Shown: piece by piece, positions 26,704 through 36,418 of the stretch | How the letters are laid out: the number at the start of each line of letters is the position of its first letter | Numbering within the stretch: position 1 is the first letter of the stretch | Assembly: GCF_963506605.1 (NCBI RefSeq) | Contig: NC_083276.1 | Coordinates: 128,340,001-128,404,000 of the forward strand | Direction: 5' to 3' | DNA length: 64,000 bases | Origin: Zootoca vivipara | Lineage: Eukaryota | Translations under genes and position numbers: made by a program | Notes under the pieces: model-generated | Told to the model about the DNA's origin: nothing | Databases searched by the model: none | What the model saw: only the letters and a program-made list of their open reading frames with translations

Positions 26704-27423
26704 TACTTCCAAATATTATCATATTTATCCAAGCAAAGTCTGCGCCTGTAAGCAGTCTGTTCATAGGTTGCGAGTGATGTCATATTGTCAATCCATTGAT
26801 TAAAGGGCATCATATCTTTATTTTCCAATTCCAATGAACAGACTGCTTACAGGCGCAGACTTTGCTTGGATAAATATGATAATATTTGGAAGTACTATAT
26901 ACAATATGTAGTAGGCTATTAACATTTACATAAGTAATAGCATAATAACACTATACCAATTTCTATAAGAATGTATGGGAATATCGTATATTGCATTTTT
27001 GCATGCATATATATGTATATTCTTTTTCTATTTGTATCTTTGTTGCTCTTCCCCCCTTACCTTACCTTTCCTTCTTCTTTTTTTGTACAGTGGTGCCTCG
27101 CTAGACGAATTTAATTCGTTCCACGGGTCTTTTCTTATAACGAAAAATTCGTCTAGCGAATCCCATAGGAATGCATTGATTTTTTTTTTTGCCCATAGGA
27201 ACGCATTAATTGAATTTCAATGCATTCCTATGGGAAACCGCGATTCGCTAGACAAATTTTTCGTAAAACAAATTCGTCTAGCGAGGCAACCTCCACTAGA
27301 AAAAAATCTTCCGTTAAGCGGAAATTTCGTTAAGCAGGGCATTCGTTAAGCGAGGCACCACTGTATCACTATATTTCTTTTAATTGAAATCACTTCAATA
27401 AACTATAACAAACAAACAAAAAT
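26704..27423 (+). mobile_element. L1/Tx1-like LINE 3' end with an inverted duplication
   Basis: Reconstructed peptide NWKNKDMMPFNQWIDNMTSLATYEQTAYRRRLCLDKYDNIWKYYIQYVVGY* resembles an L1 ORF2 C-terminus. Followed by an AT-rich 3' UTR, aataaa near 27398 and an A-rich tail. Confidence 0.6.
27088..27363. mobile_element. Tc1/mariner (pogo/Tigger-like) MITE, 276 bp
   Basis: TIR cagtggtgcctcgct / agcgaggcaccactg, TA duplication on both sides, internal palindrome cccataggaatgcattga / tcaatgcattcctatggg. Confidence 0.9.
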
Positions 27424-29302
27424 TCACTGTTCTGATCCCTTGGGTGAGGCAGACAGACAGTTGCAAGGAAAATGGTCCCTGCTCAATGGTGCAGTTAGGA
27501 AGATAATTTTAGGTGCCGGATGTAATGGTATTTTGTGGGAGGCACCTCTTTAGAAGTTCAGGTGCACTAACTTCACTTACTTCCCTACATGGTCACTAAA
27601 CCAACCCTGCTGTGTTGAGGTGCCCTCCTGCTCATTCTGCTAAATTGGGCCTTGGGTGCATGCCCTGCATCATTGGGTTTCTCACATGAGCTGTATGTCA
27701 CAGCATTGCCCATCTGGATGGCAGCTGCATCCATCTCATAGGTCCAGAGAGGCCCAGGACACTTCTAGTTTAATAAAAGCAAAACAAACAAACAAGCAAA
27801 AAGGGGATGACAGCACACAAAAACATAACAAGGCACCAGTGGCGTAGCATGGGGTGTGTGAGGGGGCATGGCCCTGGGTGCAAAATTCCCCACCTACTTG
27901 GGGAGGATAGATGGAAACAGTTGGCCAATTCTGAACAGTTGTGCAAGTGGACTTTATTCCCTGTGCACATACCCCACTTAGCCAAGGCTGGCCCAAGACA
28001 TTTTGATGCCTGAGGCAGACCCCAAAATGGTACCCTCCCCAGGGAATATGGGGTGAGGAAAGATCTCCATCTGGAACAAGAGGAGAAGAAAGATCAACAT
28101 CAGAATCTGCTGCCTCGGGGAGTGTGACGCCTGAGGCAGTCACCTCACCTTGTCTCATGGGTGGGCCAGCCCTGTACTTAGCCATACATTAAATCCCACT
28201 CTTTGTAAATAAATATCAAAACCACCACACAATGATATCAAAGTAAACACCCCAAACACCTAGCGTTTATAATACTCTCCCCTCCTAAGGAAACTGATAC
28301 TCTCCAAGAATGTCCTAGGTACTTCTGATTGCTTAGGAAAGTGCAGGGTACAAATGCTTATAAGACTTGGCTGAATATTTTGAGTGTCCCAATAATGTTG
28401 GGTTTTGAAATAACAAGTATTTTTGTGTGTGCCTCAAAACACACTTCTCACTGGAATTTAAGAACTACCAGCGAGAAGGAAAAAAGAACTTATCCCATAA
28501 GACGCAAACCAAAAGGAATGCCTTCCGCAGACCTTGCTGAATTCTGCCTAGGAATCTATAAGGATTGTGGCAGAAGTTCATTAAACGTTACACAAAACAG
28601 GGTGGATTACCCTCCCCTGTTGCTTTTATTCACTGAAACCCAGCAAAAGGAAACAGTGCCAAGGAATGCCATTTAGCAAATCAGCAATGTGTGTTGTTTG
28701 CAAGCTATTGTGAATGAATGAATGAATGAAATATTGGATAGGAAAAGGCCATTAAGCTTTGCAAGAGTTATTTAGTTTAGTAAACACGTGCTTACCATCT
28801 TTGTCCCTGTACTTTCTCAGCTTTTGTCTAGCTACATGACATGCAGCAGCCTTGACAAATTATTGATGTTCTTTAGTTCATTGACATTGTTTGGTTACTT
28901 ACACACAGCTATTTTTCCTTTGAATGCAGCATGCCCCAGCATGCAGTCGTAAGAGTTATTCAGCCAAAGCACCATCTCTAGGCTGAAGGAGAAAAGCTGG
29001 TGTTATGGTTAAGATTTAAAGTCTGGTTCTTCTAGAGGACAACTTCACCGCTGCTGTGTGGACATGGCTGCCAACTTTGGATTTCAGTGCCATCCCTTGT
29101 GAATTGAATTGGCACAATGGATTTTTATCACATTATCTGTGCCAATTGGTTTACCAGTGCCATAATATTTGTGTTATTAACACGACTGACTTTTGTGAAT
29201 GGCTACTCTTAATAATGTAATTATCTCCACCTGTACTTTTTTGGGGCATTTGATTTATTTCTGACTTCACTTATTACAACCCCCCTCCCCGCTGCAACGC
29301 AA

Positions 29303-29758
29303 CTCTGAACGTGTCCAGAGGAGGGCAACCAAAATGGTCAAAGGCCTGGAAACAATGCCTTACAAGGAATGGCTTAGGGAGCTGGGTATGTTTAGCCTGG
29401 AGAAGAGAAGACAAAGGGGTGATATGATAGCCATGTTCAAATATATTAAAGGATGCCATATAGAGGAGGGTGAAAGGTTGTTTTCTGCTGCTCCAGAGAA
29501 GCGGACACGGAGCAATGGATTCAAACTACAAGAATGAAGATTCCACCTAAACATTAGGAAGAACTTCCTGACAGTAAGAGCTGTTCAACAGTGGAATTTG
29601 CTGCCAAGAAGTGTGGTGGAGTCTCCTTCTTTGGAGGTCTTTAAGCAGAGGCTTGACAGCCATAGGTCAAGAATGCTTTGATGGTGTTTCCTGCTTGGCA
29701 GGGGGTTGGACTGGATGGCCCTTGTGGTCTCTTCCAACTCTATGATTCTATGATTCTA
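29303..29758 (+). mobile_element. CR1 LINE 3' end
   Basis: ERVQRRATKMVKGLETMPYKEWLRELGMFSLEKRR... ORF2 end and a (attctatg)n tail. Confidence 0.92.
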
Positions 29759-29965
29759 AGATAAGACTCAAGCATCTGATGAAGCAGAATGTAGCCCACA
29801 TAAGCTGATGCCACAATAAGTGTTTTGCTCTTTAAGATGCCATATTATACTTATTTCCTCCTTTCTGAACAGGTAGCTTCCGAGGCAGAATCTGGTGGCT
29901 CAAAGGCCTAGTACAACTAGGAAATAGTTAAGCTAAGCAAGCAAAATAAGTTATTTCCTTTTTCA

Positions 29966-30385
29966 TGTGGCTCTCAGGTTCTTTGGGGCTCCGTTGAGTT
30001 GTTTATGACTCAATTAGGAGCCTCTGATTATCGCCCGGCGCGCTTCCTCTCCGCTTCTCTGCTTCCGTAGAACCGGGCTGGCAGTAAAACACACACAGCA
30101 GAGTTCTTCTTCTCACACAGCGAAAGCTTGTATAGCCGTTGGATAAAAAGCCTCTTAAGAACACACAGAGTCCAAAGTGTTCTAATAACTACTTAAGTTT
30201 ATTCTAGAGAGAAAATAACAAACAACCTGGTGAGAGCGCAGACATCTTGCGACCGTCTCCCAGGCAGAAACGAAACCAACTGCAACATACAGAAACACTT
30301 CTGGTACATTCTGTAACATGATCTTCCTCAGTGGTCAGGTGCTACAGTACACAGTTAACTCTTTAGTTACTTGTTACTCATCACA
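29966..30385 (-). repeat. 3' LTR (420 bp)
   Basis: 29986-30385 is identical to 34537-34936; AATAAA on the minus strand at 30198-30203. Confidence 0.93.
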
Positions 30386-30397
30386 CCCCCTCTCACC
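30386..30397 (-). other. Polypurine tract
   Basis: Minus strand ggtgagaggggg immediately precedes TGTGA of the 3' LTR. Confidence 0.9.
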
Positions 30398-30426
30398 TGA
30401 ACACTGGGGATAGCGGGTATCCAAAC

Positions 30427-33400
30427 TTACCCCAAAACCAACCCTTCACAGAATTCCCCATGCCGTTGGAAACTCAAGGGTTTTGTGAACCCATCTGCTA
30501 GGTTCTTTTGGCTTGGACAATACCTCAACTTCACCAAGCCTACCTGTATGCTCTGACATACGTTTCGGAAGCGGATGTCTAAGTGTTTGGTTCTGGCCTT
30601 GAACTGTCCAGACTCCGCCAGTCTCAAAGATGGTTGATTGTCGCCCCAAACAGTGATGGGCTGGCTACAATCACCCCAGATTTCCTGGACCAAACATCTG
30701 TAGTACTCCAATTCAGTGCATGTCGCAGACAACGCACAGAATTCGGCTTCCGTGGAAGACATTGCTATTAGGCTTTGCCTGCGCGACCGCCAACCAATCA
30801 GGGCATTTCCAAACTTGACTACCAAACCAGTCACTGACTTCCTGTCTTCCTGATTGGCCCAATCAGCATCTGCAAAACAAGTGAGTTGTGGCTCACCTTG
30901 CGCTGACATCTCCAAACAATACTCTTTGGTCTCCTGCAAATACCTAAGCACTCTCTTAATGCCATTCCAAGCATGCACGCTAGGTTTCGATGCTTCTCTA
31001 CTGAGCAAATTGACTGCAAAAGCAATATCTGGTCTGCTCCATTGTGACAAATACAACAGACTCCCTAGCGCTGACTGAAACACTTCAGGACTCTCAAACG
31101 CTACTTTGTCCTTCACTTGTGACTCTTTCACAAAGTTTGTCTCCATGGGTGTTCTGACCCCTTTACAATCAGACATTCTGAACTTCTCAAGCAAATGTTC
31201 AATCTTGCCTTTCTGACTGAGCAAAAAACTTCCATCCTCAGTTCTGTCTATCTGCACACCTAGATAAACATTCACTGCACCTAGATTCTTGAGTTTGAAC
31301 CTCTTGCCTAGCTCTTTTGCAAACTTCTGCACTTGCATCTGGCTCTTTGCTAAGCAGATCAAGTCATCAACATAGACAAGCAACAGTTCTTGCTGTTCTC
31401 CTTCACCTCTGAGATACAGACAACTGTCAGCTAGACTCTTCCTGAAACCTAGGCTCTTCAAAACAGAATCAAGACATGAATTCCAATTTTTAGCTGATTG
31501 CTTCAGACCGTAGATCGACTTGTGCAGCTTCCACACCTGACCTGGCACGTCACTCTCAAACCCTGGAGGAGGTAACATGTACAACTCCTCCTGGAGGTCA
31601 GAGTTCAAATAAGCGGTGTCCACATCAAAGTGGTTGACCACTAGGCCTCTCTGCGCTGCAGTCGCTAAAAGCATCCTGAAAGATTCCGCTCTCGAAGTCG
31701 GACTAAAGACATCTGTATAGTGGATTCCTTTCTTCTGAGTAAAACCTCTAGCCACTAATCTAGCCTTGTACTGAGGCTCTCCAGTCACTGTGGGTTTCAG
31801 CCTGTAGACCCACCTACAACTGACTGCTTTCTTGCCTTCTGGCAACTGTGTTAGGCTATACACACCAAGAGATTGCATGGAGTTCAACTCTTTCTCCATT
31901 GCAACTTTCCACTTACTAGCTTCCTCCACTGACAACTGTTGCACCTCTTCAAAGCTTTCAGGCTCACACACTGCTAGGTTCGCCCATACACTGACAGCTG
32001 TAAACCTTTCAGGTGGTTTACCTTTCGTGGTGCGTTTTGAACGCCTTGGTCCCACATCTTCCCCCTCTAAATCCGAACTGCTTGTCTCTGACTGTGGCTC
32101 TCTCGGACTAGCAGCACTGTCAAGAGACCTACTACGCTTTGCAGCCCCCTCTGGGCTTGCTTTGGGTGAAGTGGGTGACCTACCACGTTTGCTGTACTTC
32201 CCAGGCTTGACCTGGGGTGAAGTCGGTGCGCTTCTGACTACTTGCTTCACTTCCCTAGGAGCTACACCACTTGGACCAGCTGCCTGACCTGGATCTGGTC
32301 CTGCAGCACCTGGAACTCCAGCATCAGCTACCTGAGTTTCCTCTTCCTGGTCAAAACCTGAAGACCAGTCAAGAAGAACTTCGGGGTTAGCATGAATGCG
32401 TCTCCAGCCCTCTTGTTCACAGAACGTAGCACTCCTGCTAATGTGAACGCGGGTTTGGTCCCCCTCTGCTGGTACAAACCTCCAAGCCTTTGAGTTTGGT
32501 TCGTAACCACAGAAGATCATTTTTCTGGATCTTGATCCTCCCTTTCTGCGCTTCTGCTTTGGAATTAGAACCCAAGCCTCACACCCAAAAGTTCTGAAAT
32601 AGTGCACCTTCGGAACTTTACCATACAACATGTAGTAGGGTGTGTTGTCCACAACTGAATTAAAAGCGCGGTTGGAACAAAAATTCACAAATTTATAGCA
32701 TTCCCCCCAAAACTTCTGGGGTAGTCCTGCATCAAACAACGTTGCCTCCACCAGTTCAGACAGCGTTCTAAATTTCCTTTCAGCTAAACCATTCTCCTGT
32801 GGACTAAAAGGAGCGGTTTTTCTGTGCCTAATTCCCTTGCTGCGGAAAAACCCTTGTAGTTCTGCACTCAAAAACTCTCCCGCTCTGTCACTCTGAAAAC
32901 ACTGGACAGTGACGGAGAACTGTAGTTCTACTTCGGCTACCCACTCTTTTATCACTTTGGCAGCCTCCCCCTTCTCTTTCAGTGTTATGACCCAGGAAAA
33001 ATGGCTGAAATCATCCAGAAGACACAAAACATATTTTGAACCACCTAAACTTAACGTTGACAAAGGCCCAGAAATATCCATGTGAACTAACTGAAATGGT
33101 TTTGTGCTCTTCCTCTCAGACCTAGGATAAGAGCATCTCTTCGTCTTCGCTTTCGCACATGCGCGGCATTGCAGGTGTTTTTGACATGGCTTGAACCTGC
33201 AACCTTTGACTAAATCAGGGGCTTTTTCCACATAAGGAAAAGACATGTGACAATATCTTCTGTGCCAAGCATGAATACAATCCTTATGGATGGCGCCCTC
33301 TGTGCCCTTTGGGGTATTGGCACTTTTAGCCTGAGCATCACCAGTGTTACTTCCACCTGCTTGCCCCCTCCCATCTAGGACAAACAGACCATCAGACCCA

Positions 33401-34275
33401 ACAGTAACACTTACCAGCTCAGCCCCATCTCTGGCAATTTTGCAAACACCATTGGCAAAACTTATTTCAAAGCCCTCACGCAATAAGCAAGACACACTTA
33501 AAAGAGCATTCTCCATGCCTGGTACAACATAAACATCAAGGTTAATGTCTAAGCATTGCATATAAAAAACACCCTTGCTTTTAATTGTTCCAGAAGAACC
33601 ATCAGCAAGATGCAGGCTTTTTTCATCTTCAAGTGGCCTGCAGTTCAGGATCTGTCCTGAAGGCGGTACAAGATGATGGCTGCTGCCTGAGTCGATAATA
33701 AAAGTGAAACTGTCCTGTCCTCTGTTTCGAACCGTTGCTAAGGCAGCAGAAAGACGGCTGACAGGCTTATCTGGAGTTTTCCCACGTCCTCTGCCTCGGC
33801 GCTGCTGGCTGGTCCCATGACCACGTCCGCTGGGTTGCCTGGCACCTGGCTGAGTGACCTTGGCTGCTTCCGGAGCTGGGCAGAATCTCGCTACGTGCCC
33901 CGGCTCCTGGCACCGAAAACAAAGCCTTGTTGCGCACGCACTCACAGTGGATTCCTCAGTGCTTTTTACTGCACCCCCACTGGCTTCTCTGCGCCCACGG
34001 CCCCCCTTCTCAGCCGATTCTTTCTGGCGTCTCAGTTCCTCATCACAGCTCCTGGCAATGGCACATAGAGCCTTATTGTCTTTCCTGGTTTCTGCTGCAA
34101 ACCTCTGTGCTTCAGCTGCTGAATTATCAGCGACAGGGGTTGGAGGATTTAACACACAAGTCCACAAATCCTTTCCTAGCAACCACATTCTGGCCCTTTC
34201 TCTCCACTCTGCATAGTTGTCGCCATTCAACCTCTGGAACGGCACGACAAATGACTCCTGTAGCTGCTCCGCCAT
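30427..34275 (-). CDS. Copia Gag-Pol polyprotein (1282 aa from the first ATG)
   Basis: aagATGg start at 34275. Motifs: LNGDNYAEW (Gag N-terminus), CFRCQEPGHVARFC (CCHC knuckle), FIIDSGSSHH (protease), WHRRYCH..CRAC (integrase zinc finger), HMDISG / SDRAGEF / NGLAER (D,D35E), YKARLVARGF, SIYGLKQS, YVDD (RT), ADADWA, SSTEAEF, KHLDIR, ADGFTK (RNase H). No stops or frameshifts. Confidence 0.97.
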   Translation of the reverse strand: MAEQLQESFVVPFQRLNGDNYAEWRERARMWLLGKDLWTCVLNPPTPVADNSAAEAQRFAAETRKDNKALCAIARSCDEELRRQKESAEKGGRGRREASGGAVKSTEESTVSACATRLCFRCQEPGHVARFCPAPEAAKVTQPGARQPSGRGHGTSQQRRGRGRGKTPDKPVSRLSAALATVRNRGQDSFTFIIDSGSSHHLVPPSGQILNCRPLEDEKSLHLADGSSGTIKSKGVFYMQCLDINLDVYVVPGMENALLSVSCLLREGFEISFANGVCKIARDGAELVSVTVGSDGLFVLDGRGQAGGSNTGDAQAKSANTPKGTEGAIHKDCIHAWHRRYCHMSFPYVEKAPDLVKGCRFKPCQKHLQCRACAKAKTKRCSYPRSERKSTKPFQLVHMDISGPLSTLSLGGSKYVLCLLDDFSHFSWVITLKEKGEAAKVIKEWVAEVELQFSVTVQCFQSDRAGEFLSAELQGFFRSKGIRHRKTAPFSPQENGLAERKFRTLSELVEATLFDAGLPQKFWGECYKFVNFCSNRAFNSVVDNTPYYMLYGKVPKVHYFRTFGCEAWVLIPKQKRRKGGSRSRKMIFCGYEPNSKAWRFVPAEGDQTRVHISRSATFCEQEGWRRIHANPEVLLDWSSGFDQEEETQVADAGVPGAAGPDPGQAAGPSGVAPREVKQVVRSAPTSPQVKPGKYSKRGRSPTSPKASPEGAAKRSRSLDSAASPREPQSETSSSDLEGEDVGPRRSKRTTKGKPPERFTAVSVWANLAVCEPESFEEVQQLSVEEASKWKVAMEKELNSMQSLGVYSLTQLPEGKKAVSCRWVYRLKPTVTGEPQYKARLVARGFTQKKGIHYTDVFSPTSRAESFRMLLATAAQRGLVVNHFDVDTAYLNSDLQEELYMLPPPGFESDVPGQVWKLHKSIYGLKQSAKNWNSCLDSVLKSLGFRKSLADSCLYLRGEGEQQELLLVYVDDLICLAKSQMQVQKFAKELGKRFKLKNLGAVNVYLGVQIDRTEDGSFLLSQKGKIEHLLEKFRMSDCKGVRTPMETNFVKESQVKDKVAFESPEVFQSALGSLLYLSQWSRPDIAFAVNLLSREASKPSVHAWNGIKRVLRYLQETKEYCLEMSAQGEPQLTCFADADWANQEDRKSVTGLVVKFGNALIGWRSRRQSLIAMSSTEAEFCALSATCTELEYYRCLVQEIWGDCSQPITVWGDNQPSLRLAESGQFKARTKHLDIRFRNVCQSIQVGLVKLRYCPSQKNLADGFTKPLSFQRHGEFCEGLVLG

Positions 34276-34508
34276 CTTGTCCACCCCCGGGCTCCGTGTC
34301 TGTGTACTCACTCAGAATAGCTCACGTTGCTCCTCCGGGTAGACTGCGGATCCCAGCCTTCTGGTACAGGGTCTTTCTGCTAGCGAGTGCATCTATTGAT
34401 TGCCGACTGCAAAACAACAGGTTTCTCCCAGCTAGCTCTTTACACCGGCTTTCTCCAAGGCTTTTACAGCTGCAATCACCTTTTATTGCTTTGGTGATTG
34501 ATTAGGTT

Positions 34509-34523
34509 CTATGACCCATAACC
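34509..34523 (-). other. Primer-binding site, half-tRNA-iMet type
   Basis: GGTTATGGGTCATAG directly after the 5' LTR; the first 9 nt match the GGTTATGGGCCCAG PBS of Drosophila copia-type elements. Confidence 0.8.
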
Positions 34524-34936
34524 TGTGACGGGTATAGGGCTCCGTTGAGTTGTTTATGACTCAATTAGGAGCCTCTGATTATCGCCCGGCGCGCTTCCTC
34601 TCCGCTTCTCTGCTTCCGTAGAACCGGGCTGGCAGTAAAACACACACAGCAGAGTTCTTCTTCTCACACAGCGAAAGCTTGTATAGCCGTTGGATAAAAA
34701 GCCTCTTAAGAACACACAGAGTCCAAAGTGTTCTAATAACTACTTAAGTTTATTCTAGAGAGAAAATAACAAACAACCTGGTGAGAGCGCAGACATCTTG
34801 CGACCGTCTCCCAGGCAGAAACGAAACCAACTGCAACATACAGAAACACTTCTGGTACATTCTGTAACATGATCTTCCTCAGTGGTCAGGTGCTACAGTA
34901 CACAGTTAACTCTTTAGTTACTTGTTACTCATCACA
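34524..34936 (-). repeat. 5' LTR (413 bp)
   Basis: Perfect TGTGA...TCACA terminal inverted repeat; abuts the PBS. Confidence 0.95.
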
Positions 34937-35479
34937 TTTCAGACCCTGACACTAGTAAGTCACCAGGCAGTGGCTGCAGTTTTATTGGTTGTAAAATTGA
35001 GCTGGCAGCACCCTTGCAGAAACCCTCTGCTGGTCCGCCGGCCAGAAGAATTGTGGGAGAGTCATAGTGACAGGTTACCAAACTCCACACAACATAATGG
35101 TCACTTCAGTTCATACAGAGTCTAGTTTTAGTACATCTTGTTTCCTTCTGCCTTGCCATATCTGTACTTTCCAAGTTTCCACATTTTAAATTATAGTGAT
35201 TTGTCATTTTCTGGCACACTCCTTCACTTCCAAGTTGAAATGTCCAATAGTAAAATGCCCAGTGGTAATAATTTAAGCACTGCCCATGGTTACACTGATT
35301 GGCTAGTACTACTGGCAATTGTCATGGTCAGATTCTATACAGGTCCCTGCCTTTCAATATCCCCATTGAGAGATAGTACTACTATTTTTACTTTCCTTTG
35401 GATTGGTACCGTGCCCCAGACAAAGATTCATCTGTGACAACCCAAAGCATTCAACTACGGCTAGGCTTGTCCTAGAGGT

Positions 35480-35836
35480 CTAAACCACGGAGCCTCTTGG
35501 GCTTGCTGATCAGAAGGTTGGCGGTTCGAATTTGTGTGATGGGGTGAGCTCCTGTTGTTCTGTCCCAGCTCCTGCCAACCTAGCAGTTCGAAAACACAGC
35601 AGTGCAAGTAGATAAACAGGTAGCACTGCAGAGGGAAGGTAAATGGCATTTCTGTGCGCTATGGTTTCTATCATGGTGTTCCGTTGCTCCAGAAGCGGTT
35701 TAGTTATGCTGCCCACATGACCTGGAAAGCTGTCTGTGGACAAACGCTGGCTCCCTCGGCCTAAAAGCGAGATGAGCACCGCAACCCCATAGTTGCATTT
35801 GACTGGACTTAACAGTCTAGGGGTCCTTTACTTTTT
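35480..35836 (+). mobile_element. Sauria SINE, more diverged subfamily
   Basis: ctaaaccacggagcc...gctgatcagaaggttggcggttcgaat...ctcctgccaacctagcagttcgaaa...ggggtcctttactttt. Confidence 0.85.
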
Positions 35837-36362
35837 ATTCCCAAGGACTCAGGACCATTCTGTCAGTTCATGCACCTTGGGCCCATCCTCTACCGGCCAT
35901 GCCTCTGCTCCCTGGCATTTCAGGCCCCCTGATCACCCAAATATAAATGTATGCCCAAGTTAGTAAGAAGATGGGAAACTGCCTTATCAATCTGACGGTG
36001 CAACCATTGGCCCATCTCCTGTTTTGTCTATGCTGCCAGTAGCTCTGAGGTTTTCAGATTTCCTAGCCCTACCTGGAGAATTTGGGCACTTGAGCCCGGG
36101 GCCAGGGTCTGACCATTTCGGCTGCCACACTCGCACCTTCAAGATGCAGCATGCAAACTGATTCTCTCCCACGCTGGGAGAGGTGGGTGGGGTTGGCAAA
36201 AATTGTAGTCCCCTGCCTAGAACCATCAGCAAGCAAAGCTCATACTCTCTCACTACATCACTACAGTTGAACTTGCAAAAATGTAGAGATATGGTAATGA
36301 GGCACAAGGGGTGAAAAGATAATTATTCAATGTCTCTGGCCCCGGGGAGGCATTAGATAAAT

Positions 36363-36418
36363 GATAGATAGATAGATGATAGATAGATAGATAGATAGAT
36401 AGATGATAGATAGATAGA
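36363..36418. repeat. (GATA)n microsatellite
   Basis: Directly visible. Confidence 0.95.

Larger units (their letters stand above)
29966..34936 (-). mobile_element. Ty1/copia LTR retrotransposon, 4971 bp, very recent insertion
   Basis: TG...CA termini, 5-bp TSD tttca (29961-29965 and 34937-34941), two LTRs, PBS, PPT and a single gag-pol ORF in copia domain order PR-IN-RT-RH. Confidence 0.97.

Noticed and set aside
31832-34505. Plus-strand ORFs inside the copia element (151, 120 and 192 aa)
   Set aside because: Antisense to gag-pol, with no env-like or other recognisable features.
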